From NCBI GenBank assembly GCA_041178345.1, contig JBEGVQ010000191.1, positions 2,823 through 66,822 on the forward strand: a stretch of DNA of 64,000 nucleotides, in the 5' to 3' direction. A model generated the notes under the pieces. That model did not search any database, was not told the origin of the DNA, and saw only the letters and a program-made list of their open reading frames with translations. Below, in pieces: positions 38,944 to 49,854 of this stretch (position 1 is its first letter; every line of letters starts with the position of its first letter). Position numbers and translations under genes: made by a program. This DNA is from Acidobacteriota bacterium. GTDB taxonomy: Bacteria > Acidobacteriota > Vicinamibacteria > Vicinamibacterales > UBA2999.

Positions 38944-38962
38944 CGTCCGGCTTTAGCCGGAC
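38943..38962. repeat. 20-nt hairpin element GCGTCCGGCTTTAGCCGGAC (copy 1)
   Basis: Stem GTCCGGC/GCCGGAC with a TTTA loop, starting in the fadA stop codon. An identical 20-mer lies at 58596-58615. Confidence 0.6.
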
Positions 38963-38980
38963 CGGTTGGGGAGACACAAC

Positions 38981-40771
<1,791 letters not shown>

Positions 40772-40782
40772 AGGAGTTTCGG

Positions 40783-43266
40783 TCAGGGTGCCGGTGTGAA
40801 CCGGTACTCTGCCGCAATCTGGCCGATGTGATCGCGCATGAGCCGCCGGTTCACGGTGCGAATCACATCGGTCATCGTCTGCCGCTCCATTCGCCCATCC
40901 GCCCGCATCTCGAACGCCAGGTCCATGCCTTGAACGGCATCGGCGATATACAGCGAGCGCCCGTTGTGGCGCAGCATCGCGTAAACGGGACCATAACTCG
41001 ACGACAGCAGGAATGAGTCGCGGCGCCGCACCGGCGGTGGGTGGCCCGACGCCGCGAACAGCGGGACACCGTACAGGTCGCCGAGGTCGCGAGGCGGCTG
41101 GCCGGCAAGCGCATACAACGTGGGGGTGATGTCGGTCGATAGCGAGACCGCCGATGGCTCGGCGGTCATGGTCGCACGCAGGGCCGGCGGCACGTGGATG
41201 ATCAGCGGGATCTGCACCACTTCCGGATAGAGCGTGTAGGCATGGCCCCAGCGGCCGTCTTCGCCCAGCGACTCGCCGTGGTCCGAGGTCAGGATCACCA
41301 CGCTTCGGTCATAGAGGCCGGTCTGCTTCAGGTAGCCGATGAACCCGCCGAAACAGCGATCCATCGCCGCCACCTGCGCCGCATAGCCCGGCACAAACCC
41401 GGGATAGGCCGACGCCGGGGTTGCGGGGTCGCGAACGAGGCGCGCCGTATGCAGCTGCAACGGCCGCGTCATGGCGAAGATGGGCCGCGGGTCGGTGGTG
41501 GTCGCCTCCAGGCGCGACTGCAGCTCGGTGACGGTGGCGCACACCGTGTGGTCCATCTCGTCGATCTGCTGATCCAGCAGCGTCGTCGCCGGCGTGTCCC
41601 GGAACAGATTCACCAGGTGGTCGTCGCTGATGAAGCGCCGGTAGCCGGCGCCATCGAGCAGCTTCTCGAGCGTGTTCATGGGCGAGAACGGCTCGATGTA
41701 TTGCTTGTGCAGCATCATTCCGCCGGCCCACAGGGCGGGCACCGACAGCCCGGTCGCGCCGTAGCGGCTGAAGGCGCGCTCGAACACCACCGACTCGGCG
41801 GCAAACGCCTGAGTGGCCGGCGTAAAGGTGACCGCGGCGTTGTAGGGCGACAGGTAGTCACGCCGCAGGCTGTCAACGATGAAGAGGAAGACGTGAGGGG
41901 GCGGGGTGGCCGTGGCGTGGAAGGCGTCGGCGAAGTTGACGTCAACCGGCGACGCCGAGATCCGGCCCAGCGTCGAGTGGGCTTTGAGGAAGCGGTAAAG
42001 GTCGGCATCGGCACCCGCGTTGGTCTTGAGCAGGCTGCGCAGCAGCTGATACGAGCCGTCGAGGGCCGAGAAGCGATCGAGGACGAACTCCGGATCGAGG
42101 GTTGCCTCGCCGCTCCACCGGGCCACCCGCGTGGCGGCCGGCGCTGCAGCCAGGCCAACCAGCACCATGGCGACTGCCAGCCGATCGCAGGCGCGGCGGC
42201 TGAGCGGCGGGACGATGCTGGCCAGGCGTGGCAGGGTGAGGCTGGCCCAACCAAGCGCCAGCGCCCAGACCAGCGTGACACCAAGCTTCTGCAGCAGGAA
42301 GTTCCAGTCGAAATGCACGACCGCGGTCCTCAGACCCAGTGCGATCAGCGGCAACAGGATGAGGCCCCCGACGACAAGGAGGCGGTTGGCGATCGGCCTG
42401 AACCACACGTCCACCGCATCCGAGGCAGCATCGCCACCCGCCGCCGGCTGTTGCCAGGCCACGCCCGACCAGACAGCGACGAACAACACGCTGAGACCGC
42501 CAGACAGCACCCACGACTCGGCCGACTGGAACGACAGTGCCGACGCGACCACGCGGTGAAACACGAAGGCCAAGGCGCCGGCGCAGAGCGCCGCCAGCGT
42601 CCAGTACTCGGCCTGCGGCCGTCGCAGCAGCGCTGCCAGGGCGACGGCGGCAGCCGCGATCAGATAGATGAGCGCAAACACCATCAGGTGCGACAACCAC
42701 GAGACCACGACCGCCAGCAGCAGCGCGGCCCACGACAATTCCACCCCGACCGTTCGCGGAATGTACCAGGGGATCAACAACAGGTATGCGAGCCAGACCG
42801 CGACCGATGCGGCCGCGGCGCCCTTGAACAGCCGCGACGGCTCGATCGGGTGCAACGCCGGCCGGACGGCCGTGAGGTGGTCAACCACGGCGAGCGCGAA
42901 CGGCGGGACCAGGCAGAGCATGGCCAGCACCAGCGTGCGGGAATTGGGTCCTGCGAGCAGCAAGACAGGGTTGAGCAGCAGCCAGACGCCAAGGCACACG
43001 TTCGCGCCGAGGTAGATCGCTGCGACCACTCGCCCGGCGGACGGGCCCCGCCGCAGGGCTGGAACCAGCGTCGGCGTCGTGATCAGTACCGTGAGCCAGA
43101 ACCACTGGTGGTGCGTAGCGGCCACGCCCGGAATCCAGCCGACCAGTTGAGGCTTGATGAACTGCGCGTACGCAAACGAGCTGTAGCTCAGGAGGCAGTA
43201 GACACAAGTGCCGACGAAGTAGGCGGCATTCAGCCCGCGCGCGATGCCGATCACGGCGCCCGTCAT
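40783..43266 (-). CDS. Polytopic membrane protein with C-terminal sulfatase/alkaline-phosphatase-superfamily domain
   Basis: 827 aa with about 12 N-terminal TM segments. The C-terminal domain carries VVILTSDHGESLGEDGRWGH (LtaS/EptA/sulfatase-like). Confidence 0.8.
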   Translation of the reverse strand: MTGAVIGIARGLNAAYFVGTCVYCLLSYSSFAYAQFIKPQLVGWIPGVAATHHQWFWLTVLITTPTLVPALRRGPSAGRVVAAIYLGANVCLGVWLLLNPVLLLAGPNSRTLVLAMLCLVPPFALAVVDHLTAVRPALHPIEPSRLFKGAAAASVAVWLAYLLLIPWYIPRTVGVELSWAALLLAVVVSWLSHLMVFALIYLIAAAAVALAALLRRPQAEYWTLAALCAGALAFVFHRVVASALSFQSAESWVLSGGLSVLFVAVWSGVAWQQPAAGGDAASDAVDVWFRPIANRLLVVGGLILLPLIALGLRTAVVHFDWNFLLQKLGVTLVWALALGWASLTLPRLASIVPPLSRRACDRLAVAMVLVGLAAAPAATRVARWSGEATLDPEFVLDRFSALDGSYQLLRSLLKTNAGADADLYRFLKAHSTLGRISASPVDVNFADAFHATATPPPHVFLFIVDSLRRDYLSPYNAAVTFTPATQAFAAESVVFERAFSRYGATGLSVPALWAGGMMLHKQYIEPFSPMNTLEKLLDGAGYRRFISDDHLVNLFRDTPATTLLDQQIDEMDHTVCATVTELQSRLEATTTDPRPIFAMTRPLQLHTARLVRDPATPASAYPGFVPGYAAQVAAMDRCFGGFIGYLKQTGLYDRSVVILTSDHGESLGEDGRWGHAYTLYPEVVQIPLIIHVPPALRATMTAEPSAVSLSTDITPTLYALAGQPPRDLGDLYGVPLFAASGHPPPVRRRDSFLLSSSYGPVYAMLRHNGRSLYIADAVQGMDLAFEMRADGRMERQTMTDVIRTVNRRLMRDHIGQIAAEYRFTPAP

Positions 43267-43580
43267 GGCTGCTGGTCGAGGCGCCGTCGCGCGTCGACGT
43301 CGCGTGGGTCAATCGCGGCGGCGCGCACGTACTGGGCGTGCGCCTCGGCCGGACGCCCAGCGGCCTCGTAGGCGGCCGCCAGGTCCAGCACCAGCTCGAC
43401 GTCGCGAGGCGACCGCGCCAGGCACGCCTCCAGCGCGGGGATGTCTCGTGGCGGGTCGAGTTCGCACCGGACGCCGTCGGCCGAGGCCTCGTCGGACTGC
43501 GAACGGTTCACCAGCACCACGAGGCCAAGAATCCCCAGCGCGCAAAGGAGCCTGCAGACCGCTGCGATCGCCTGTTTCAT
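43263..43580 (-). CDS. Small membrane-anchored TPR-like protein
   Basis: ATG 43580 (MKQAIAAVCRLLCALGILGLVVLV) followed by one TPR-like helix pair. Its stop overlaps the downstream start (ATGA). Confidence 0.5.
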   Translation of the reverse strand: MKQAIAAVCRLLCALGILGLVVLVNRSQSDEASADGVRCELDPPRDIPALEACLARSPRDVELVLDLAAAYEAAGRPAEAHAQYVRAAAIDPRDVDARRRLDQQP

Positions 43581-43747
43581 GTGGTCTCGCTCATTATCAG
43601 GCATGGACGGGTTGTCGGCGATGGTGGAGGCCGGAGGTTTATCGAACCGCGAGTCGCCCCCCATTCGCTGCTGCACATGACTGCATGCAGATCCGCTCCG
43701 CGATCTCAGCCTTTGACGCCGCGTGGCGTAGCGGCTACTGTCGCCGG

Positions 43748-44800
43748 ATGCGGTCACTCGCCCTGGTCCTTCTCACCCTGTCACTGGTCTCCGGCGGGCT
43801 GGCGGCTCAACCACGCCACCTCCAGTCACTGCTCGAGACGGAACTGGCGGGGATCCCGGCGACCACCGGTGTTTACGTCAATCACCTGACGACGGGCGAG
43901 ACGGCGGGGGTGCGAGCGGACCAGGACTTCTCCACCGCCAGCGTGATCAAGGTGACGTTCATGGTGCGGGCCTACCAGATGGCCGATCGCAAGGAGCTCG
44001 ACCTCGACGAACGCGTGACGCTGACCCGCGGGCACCTGCGGCACGGCACCGGGGTGTTCCAATACCACGACACCGGCTTGCAGCCGACGCTGCGCGACGC
44101 CATCACCCAGATGATCATCACGAGCGACAACACGGCGACCGACATCGTGTTGATGAAAATCGGCGGACCGGCCGCCGTCACGAAATGGCTCGCCGAGACC
44201 GGTTACCCGCGGCTGGCAGCCTACGGGCGGCCGCACGACTACCGGCGGGACCTGCTGGCGATGCTCGACCCGGCGTTCGCCTCCCTGACGGCGGAAGAGA
44301 CGAGCGGATTGATGTACGCGTCGGACCGCAACCCGCTGTTCGGCCGCTACCGAGACCTGTTCACGGGTCCCCGCGCGAAGTGGGTCGAGATGGTGCGCGA
44401 CCCGGCCAATCGACAGCGGCTGGCCGGGGAGCGTGAAGAGCGGACGTCCACGGATCGCAAGTTCTGGCTCGGCAGCATGACCCCGCTGGGGACGGCGCGA
44501 CTGCTCGAGAGCATCGAGCGCGGCACCGCCGCTTCACGCGAGAGCTGCGACGCCATGCTGCTCGCCTTGCGCCGGCAGCAGCTGGGGACCCGCCGGCTCC
44601 CGCATTTCCTGGACCTCCCGGTGGCGCACAAGACCGGCGACGGCGGCACGATCGCCAACGACGTGGGCATCATCTACACGCGGTCGGGGCCGGTCGTGGT
44701 GGCGTTCTTCGCAAACAGCGTGACCGGCTCGTACGCCGAGGCCGAGGATCGGATCGGCCGGCTGGCGCAGAAACTGGTCGACTACTTCGATCGACGCTAG
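43748..44800 (+). CDS. Class A beta-lactamase-fold serine hydrolase (exported)
   Basis: ATG 43748 with signal MRSLALVLLTLSLVSGGLAAQ. Carries SxxK (SVIK), SDN (ITSDNTA) and KTG (HKTGDG). Confidence 0.8.
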   Translation: MRSLALVLLTLSLVSGGLAAQPRHLQSLLETELAGIPATTGVYVNHLTTGETAGVRADQDFSTASVIKVTFMVRAYQMADRKELDLDERVTLTRGHLRHGTGVFQYHDTGLQPTLRDAITQMIITSDNTATDIVLMKIGGPAAVTKWLAETGYPRLAAYGRPHDYRRDLLAMLDPAFASLTAEETSGLMYASDRNPLFGRYRDLFTGPRAKWVEMVRDPANRQRLAGEREERTSTDRKFWLGSMTPLGTARLLESIERGTAASRESCDAMLLALRRQQLGTRRLPHFLDLPVAHKTGDGGTIANDVGIIYTRSGPVVVAFFANSVTGSYAEAEDRIGRLAQKLVDYFDRR

Positions 44801-44814
44801 GGGATGACGGGCGG

Positions 44815-45309
44815 CTACTCGCCCGCGGGGGGGGCCTGGCTGTTCAGCACCATGGCCAGCAAGGCGTAGTAGCCGCAGATGCCGATGGCATCGAGCACAC
44901 CCTGCTCGCCCACGGCCTGGACGGCGCGGACACGGACCGCCGCGGGCGGCTTGGCACGGTCGTGAATGGCTTGGCAGAGGTCATAGAGGGCGGTCTCGTC
45001 CTCGGCGAGGCCTGCCGGCCGCCTGCCGAGCGCCAGGGCGTCGAGCACGCCTTGCGGCACGCCCGCCTCGAGCGCGATCGGCGCGTGCAGGTCCCATTCG
45101 TATGGTTGCTGCCAATGGGCGGCGGTGATCAGGATGACCAACTCGCTGAGGCGCGGCGGCAGGGCGCTGCGATAGCGCAAGTACTCGCCCATGGCGCTGG
45201 CCCGGGTCAGCAGCTCGGGACTTCCGAGCAGGATCACGAACGGACCGAACAGGTCGGTCCCCCGCAGGCGCCGGAACTCCTCGACCGCCTGCCGTTGCGC
45301 CGGTGTCAC
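44815..45309 (-). CDS. Carboxymuconolactone decarboxylase (AhpD-like) family protein
   Basis: GTG 45309 (VTPAQRQAVEEF) overlaps the upstream stop (GTGA). Carries ITAAHWQQPYEWDLH, typical of the CMD family. Confidence 0.78.
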   Translation of the reverse strand: MTPAQRQAVEEFRRLRGTDLFGPFVILLGSPELLTRASAMGEYLRYRSALPPRLSELVILITAAHWQQPYEWDLHAPIALEAGVPQGVLDALALGRRPAGLAEDETALYDLCQAIHDRAKPPAAVRVRAVQAVGEQGVLDAIGICGYYALLAMVLNSQAPPAGE

Positions 45310-46592
45310 GCCGACGGCACGCCGTTCTTCAGCAGGTCTTCCATCGCCGCGGTGAAGGTGTCGATCTCCTCGAGCGGGGTGTAGATGTTCGGCGTCACGC
45401 GCACGCCGTTGTACTCGGGCCGGGAGATCGCCGCGGTGATGATGCGGTACTTGCCCCACAGGAAGTCGTAGATCTTCGCGGCGGGCACGTCCTTCACGCC
45501 GACGCAGGCCACGCCGTACACCTGGTCGAGGTCGGTGTGCATGATGATGCGAGGGTTGGTCTTGAGCTTGTTCGCCCAGCGCAAGGTCAGGTACCGGAGG
45601 CGCGCGCCGACCCGTTCGGTGCCGATCGCCTGGTGGAACGCCAGCGCCTCGTTGATGGCCGCCTTGGTGGCGGCCGGCGAGGTGCCGATCTCCTCGAACT
45701 TGCGGATGTCGTTCTCGTTGCGCTCTGGCGCGGCCTGCAGCGGCCAGGTTGTGGCGATGCGATCCCGGCGGACATAGAGGAAGCCGGTGCCGGTCGGCGC
45801 CAGCAGCCACTTGTGCAGGCTGGTGCCGTAGTAGTCCATCTCGAGGTCGCGCAGCTTGAACGGGAAGTGCGCCACCGCGTGGGCGCCGTCGACAATAGTG
45901 ATGATGCCGCGGGCGCGCGCCATGCGCGCGATGTTCTGCACCGGGAAGATCTGGCCGGTCAGGTTCGTGATGTGGCAGAAGTGCAGCACCTTGGTGCGCG
46001 GCGTGATCGCGCCCTCGAGCATCGCGTACAGGCTCTCCCCCGTGGTCGGCACCGGGAAGTTCACCTTCTTGATCGTGATCTTCTCGCGCCGCGCGCGCTG
46101 GTCCCACGTCGTCAGCATGCGGCCGTAGTCCTGTTCGGTGGTGAGGACTTCATCGCCCGGCATCAGGTCAAGGCCGTTCTGCGCAATCTGCAGCGACTCG
46201 CTCGAGTTGCGCGTGATCGCCATCTCTTCGGGATCGCAGCCGAACTCCGCGGCCAGCCGGCGGCGCACCACCTCGATGTTTCGCTCGATCAGCCCGCGGT
46301 GATAGACCGGCGCCTGGTTCGAGTAGTCGAGGTAGCGCTTGTAGGCCTCGTGCACGACGGTCGGGCTCGGGCAGCTGTTGCCGTTATTGAGGTTGATCAG
46401 CGAGCGGTCCAGGGTGAACGCGTTCTGGATGTCGCGCCAGTACCCCTCATCCGCCGCGACGTCGTCGGGCGTGCGGGCGCCAAGCGCGCGTGACGCCTGG
46501 GCCACCAGTTCGATGCTGTTGGAGCCAAGCGCGACGGCGGCAGCGCCGGCGGCGCCAGACCGGCGAAGAAAAGAGCGGCGGTCGGTCTTCAT
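45306..46592 (-). CDS. Class V aminotransferase-fold PLP enzyme with twin-arginine signal
   Basis: ATG 46592 gives MKTDRRSFLRRSGAAGAAAVALG (Tat motif). Carries YYGTSLHKWLLAP (PLP lysine context). Confidence 0.85.
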   Translation of the reverse strand: MKTDRRSFLRRSGAAGAAAVALGSNSIELVAQASRALGARTPDDVAADEGYWRDIQNAFTLDRSLINLNNGNSCPSPTVVHEAYKRYLDYSNQAPVYHRGLIERNIEVVRRRLAAEFGCDPEEMAITRNSSESLQIAQNGLDLMPGDEVLTTEQDYGRMLTTWDQRARREKITIKKVNFPVPTTGESLYAMLEGAITPRTKVLHFCHITNLTGQIFPVQNIARMARARGIITIVDGAHAVAHFPFKLRDLEMDYYGTSLHKWLLAPTGTGFLYVRRDRIATTWPLQAAPERNENDIRKFEEIGTSPAATKAAINEALAFHQAIGTERVGARLRYLTLRWANKLKTNPRIIMHTDLDQVYGVACVGVKDVPAAKIYDFLWGKYRIITAAISRPEYNGVRVTPNIYTPLEEIDTFTAAMEDLLKNGVPSA

Positions 46593-46600
46593 GAGCGGGA

Positions 46601-47545
46601 TTATAACGGGTGCGCCGGGGCAGGTGTGATCGCGTGCACTGACCGCACCGCCCATCGCAACTTCGCCGACGACGCCCGGCGATTGGCGAAGGTTTCCGCC
46701 CTTGTCGAACGCACGACCTCGCCGGCGATCTCGGCGTAGACCCCCGAGCGGTGACCGGCCTGGAAGGCCTTCTTGACGCGGCGATCTTCGCCGGAGTGAA
46801 AGGTAAGGATCGCGACCCGGCCGCCGGGGGCCAGGCACTGCGGCAGCGCCGCCAGCAGGATGTCGAGCGCCGCAAACTCGTCGTTGACGGCAATGCGCAG
46901 CGCCTGCAGGGTCCGGCGGACCGACATCTTGACGCCGGCCTTCGGCAGGTCCGGCCGCGCGTCATGGAGCCCCAGGCGAACCACGCGCGTGAGGGCATGC
47001 GTGGTCTCGGGGAGTGCTCGTTTCAGGATGCCGGCGATCACCGGCGCCTGCGGTTCGTCGGCGTTGGTCGTGAGCAGCGACGCGAGGTCGTCTTCGTTCA
47101 ACCGCGCGATCAGCTGCGCGGCCGTCTCGCCTCGAGATGGATCCATGCGCATGTCGAGCGGCCCGACGCTCCTGAAACTGAAGCCACGCTCGCCGCGGTC
47201 GTGCTGCATGGACGACACCCCCAGGTCCGCGAGGATCACGTTTGCGGCGGGGACGCCGTTGGTGGCGAGCACCGCCGGCAGTTCCGCGAAGTTGCCATGG
47301 TGAGCGACGAACGTGCCAGGGCCGAAACCGGCCGCGCGTAACCGCGCCTCGGTCTTGGGAAGTTCGATTGGATCGACATCGAGGCCGAGCAACCACCCAC
47401 CCGGTTGCAGGCGCTCCAGGATGGCCAGCGCGTGTCCCCCGCCGCCGAGCGTGCAGTCGACGGCGACCTCGCCGGGGGCCGGCCGGAGGTGCTGCAAGAC
47501 CTCAGCGACCATGATCGGCCGGTGGGTGGTCGGTGCCGTGATCAT
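46601..47545 (-). CDS. Second, divergent RsmH/MraW-family SAM methyltransferase
   Basis: ATG 47545 gives MITAPTTHRPIMVAEVL. Carries DCTLGGGGHA, DLGVSSMQHD, LDMRMD and FHSGEDR, collinear with the dcw rsmH at 16105-16998 but clearly diverged. Confidence 0.85.
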   Translation of the reverse strand: MITAPTTHRPIMVAEVLQHLRPAPGEVAVDCTLGGGGHALAILERLQPGGWLLGLDVDPIELPKTEARLRAAGFGPGTFVAHHGNFAELPAVLATNGVPAANVILADLGVSSMQHDRGERGFSFRSVGPLDMRMDPSRGETAAQLIARLNEDDLASLLTTNADEPQAPVIAGILKRALPETTHALTRVVRLGLHDARPDLPKAGVKMSVRRTLQALRIAVNDEFAALDILLAALPQCLAPGGRVAILTFHSGEDRRVKKAFQAGHRSGVYAEIAGEVVRSTRAETFANRRASSAKLRWAVRSVHAITPAPAHPL

Positions 47546-47558
47546 CGCCCGCGCGCGG

Positions 47559-48542
47559 CTAATGACAGACGTTGAGGCCACGATCGAGCACGCTGCCCCT
47601 CGGATCCATGAACTCCCACTCGTAGAGGGCCGGCTCCAGCTTGAGCCGCAGCAGGCCGTGCGACGAGATCAGCCGCTCTGAGTGCGGCGCGGTTCGCGCG
47701 CGCCCGTACTCCGGGGCGCCGCCGGTGCCGGCGATGAACAGCCGGATGCCGCGGGCCGGGTCCGAGCGGCCGTTCGCGTCCTGGGGCGCGTGCCGTTCGT
47801 AGAGATGATCGTGGCCCGCCACCACCACGTCGACGCCCCGCTCGTGCATCACACTCCACAGGTCGCGCAATTGCGGATTGGGGCCGTTCGGCCCTGAACT
47901 GTCGAACGGATAGTGCATGACCGCCATGGTGCACCGCGCCGGGTTGGCCGCCAGTTCCGCGCGAACCCATTCGAGCTGCGCCGAGTTGCGCGCAATCGGG
48001 ACCTGCGAATTGAGCATCAGCACCTGCCACGTCGCCGAGCGCACGGAGTAGTAGCCGCGGCGCACCGGGCCGGCGCGCTCGGCGAAATACGTGAAGTAGC
48101 CATCGGCGCCGGCGGTCTGGTAGTCGTGGTTGCCGGGCGCCGCCCAGAAGCGCGAGCGGAAGCGGCCGAAGTCGGGATCGAAGCAGCGCTGGAACTCGTT
48201 CATCGTGCCGTGGTGATACGCGAGATCCCCGGCCAGGAAGATGTCGCCGCCCAGCGTGGCCATCAGCCGAGACAACAGGGGCATGGCGGGCGCGCCGCAC
48301 CAGCCGGTGTCGCCGACGACGTTGACCCAATTGGTGACCGGCGCCGGGGGCGCAGGCGGCGTCGTGAGGCCGGCCGGTGACTCGTTGACGGGAACCTCGA
48401 TCGCGGTATTGGAAGTGGTGACCACCGGCGGCAGCGCCGTGGGCGACGTGGGCGTGCCGGCCGAGCCGCCACACGCACCAGTCGCGATGGCACACCCCAG
48501 GAACAGGGTCAGCCCGAATGCCCGGGGCGTGGGGGGCCTCAT
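47559..48542 (-). CDS. Metallophosphoesterase lipoprotein (calcineurin/purple acid phosphatase-like)
   Basis: ATG 48542 gives MRPPTPRAFGLTLFLGCAIATGAC (lipobox). Carries GDTGWCG, GDLAYHHG, GNHDY and GHDHLYER. Confidence 0.85.
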   Translation of the reverse strand: MRPPTPRAFGLTLFLGCAIATGACGGSAGTPTSPTALPPVVTTSNTAIEVPVNESPAGLTTPPAPPAPVTNWVNVVGDTGWCGAPAMPLLSRLMATLGGDIFLAGDLAYHHGTMNEFQRCFDPDFGRFRSRFWAAPGNHDYQTAGADGYFTYFAERAGPVRRGYYSVRSATWQVLMLNSQVPIARNSAQLEWVRAELAANPARCTMAVMHYPFDSSGPNGPNPQLRDLWSVMHERGVDVVVAGHDHLYERHAPQDANGRSDPARGIRLFIAGTGGAPEYGRARTAPHSERLISSHGLLRLKLEPALYEWEFMDPRGSVLDRGLNVCH

Positions 48543-48621
48543 TAATGCAGTTCTGCCCACCCGGCCGGATTAAACCCGGCGGCTGGATGACTCGTCTATA
48601 TTGTGTACCGTGCGTAAGGCC

Positions 48622-49845
48622 ATGGCAACGTTGATAAGCATCGTGGCCGCCATGCTTTGCCTGGTGGCTGGGCCGGTGCGGGCGCAGCCGGCCGGCGAGC
48701 TTTTTGCCGGCGAAACCCTCCAGCGGGTCGATCTGTTGCTGCATTCGGCCGACTGGGCAAAGCTCAAGGCCAACTTCCGCGAGGACACCTATTACCCGGC
48801 CGACCTCGTGTGGAACGGCCAGACGGTGCGCAACGCCGGCATCCGGTCCCGGGGCCGCGGCTCTCGCAGCGACACCAAGCCGGGGTTACGCGTCGACTTC
48901 GACCGCTATGCGAGCGGCCAGACGTTCCTGGGCCTGAAGTCGTTCATCCTCGACAACTTGACGCAAGACCCGTCGGGCATTCACGAAACGGTCGCCGCCG
49001 GCTTCTACGCGCGGCTGGGGATCCCGGTGTCGCGCGAGATTCACACCCGCCTCTACGTCAACAACCAGTACGTGGGCGTCTATGCGATTGTCGAATCGGT
49101 CGACAAGGACATGCTGGCGCGCGTCTTCGGCGAAATCGGCACCGACACCCAGAACGACGGCTACCTGTTCGAATTCAAGTACCAGGACGAATGGCGGTTC
49201 ACGAATCTCGGCAGCAGCCTCGCGCCGTACAAGCTGCGGTTCGAGGCCACGACCCATGAATCGAAGAGCGATGAAGAGAATTACCGGCTGATTGAAACGC
49301 TGGTGCGGCTGACCAACGACACCCCGGCCGCCGACCTGCCCGCCGCCATCGGCGGGCTGCTCGACCTGCCAGCCTTCGTGCGCTTTGTCGCGGCGCAGAA
49401 TTTCCTGGCCGAGACCGACGGGTTCCTTGGCGCGTTCGGCATGAACAACTTCTACCTCTACCGCCTCGAGAACCAGAACCTCCACACGCTGATCATGTGG
49501 GACGCCGACAACACCTTCTACTCGCCCGAGCTGCCCACTAACGACTGGGGCGTCGGCACGGTGTTGATGGAGAAGCTGATGTCGCTGGCCGAGTATGCCG
49601 CGATCTACCGCTCGGAGATGACCCGCGCGATCGAACTGGCGGAAGCCGACAACTGGCTCGACACCGAGATCATCCGCCAGGTGCAGCGCATCGATACCGC
49701 GATGAAGGAAGATCCGGCAAAGCCCTATTCGAATGCCACTTACGAGGGGGCGGCGGGAACGATGCTGAGCTTCGCGCGGGCGCGCGTGAGGTTCGTGAAG
49801 TGCGAGCTCGAGCGAGGAGCCGGCAACACCAGTTGCCGGTCCTGA
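48622..49845 (+). CDS. Exported CotH-family protein (atypical kinase fold)
   Basis: ATG 48622 with signal MATLISIVAAMLCLVAGPVRAQ. Carries IRSRGRGSR, LRVDFD, FILDNLTQDPS, LYVNNQYVGVYAIVE and NNFYLY...WDADNTF. Confidence 0.83.
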   Translation: MATLISIVAAMLCLVAGPVRAQPAGELFAGETLQRVDLLLHSADWAKLKANFREDTYYPADLVWNGQTVRNAGIRSRGRGSRSDTKPGLRVDFDRYASGQTFLGLKSFILDNLTQDPSGIHETVAAGFYARLGIPVSREIHTRLYVNNQYVGVYAIVESVDKDMLARVFGEIGTDTQNDGYLFEFKYQDEWRFTNLGSSLAPYKLRFEATTHESKSDEENYRLIETLVRLTNDTPAADLPAAIGGLLDLPAFVRFVAAQNFLAETDGFLGAFGMNNFYLYRLENQNLHTLIMWDADNTFYSPELPTNDWGVGTVLMEKLMSLAEYAAIYRSEMTRAIELAEADNWLDTEIIRQVQRIDTAMKEDPAKPYSNATYEGAAGTMLSFARARVRFVKCELERGAGNTSCRS

Positions 49846-49854
49846 TCGCTATTT

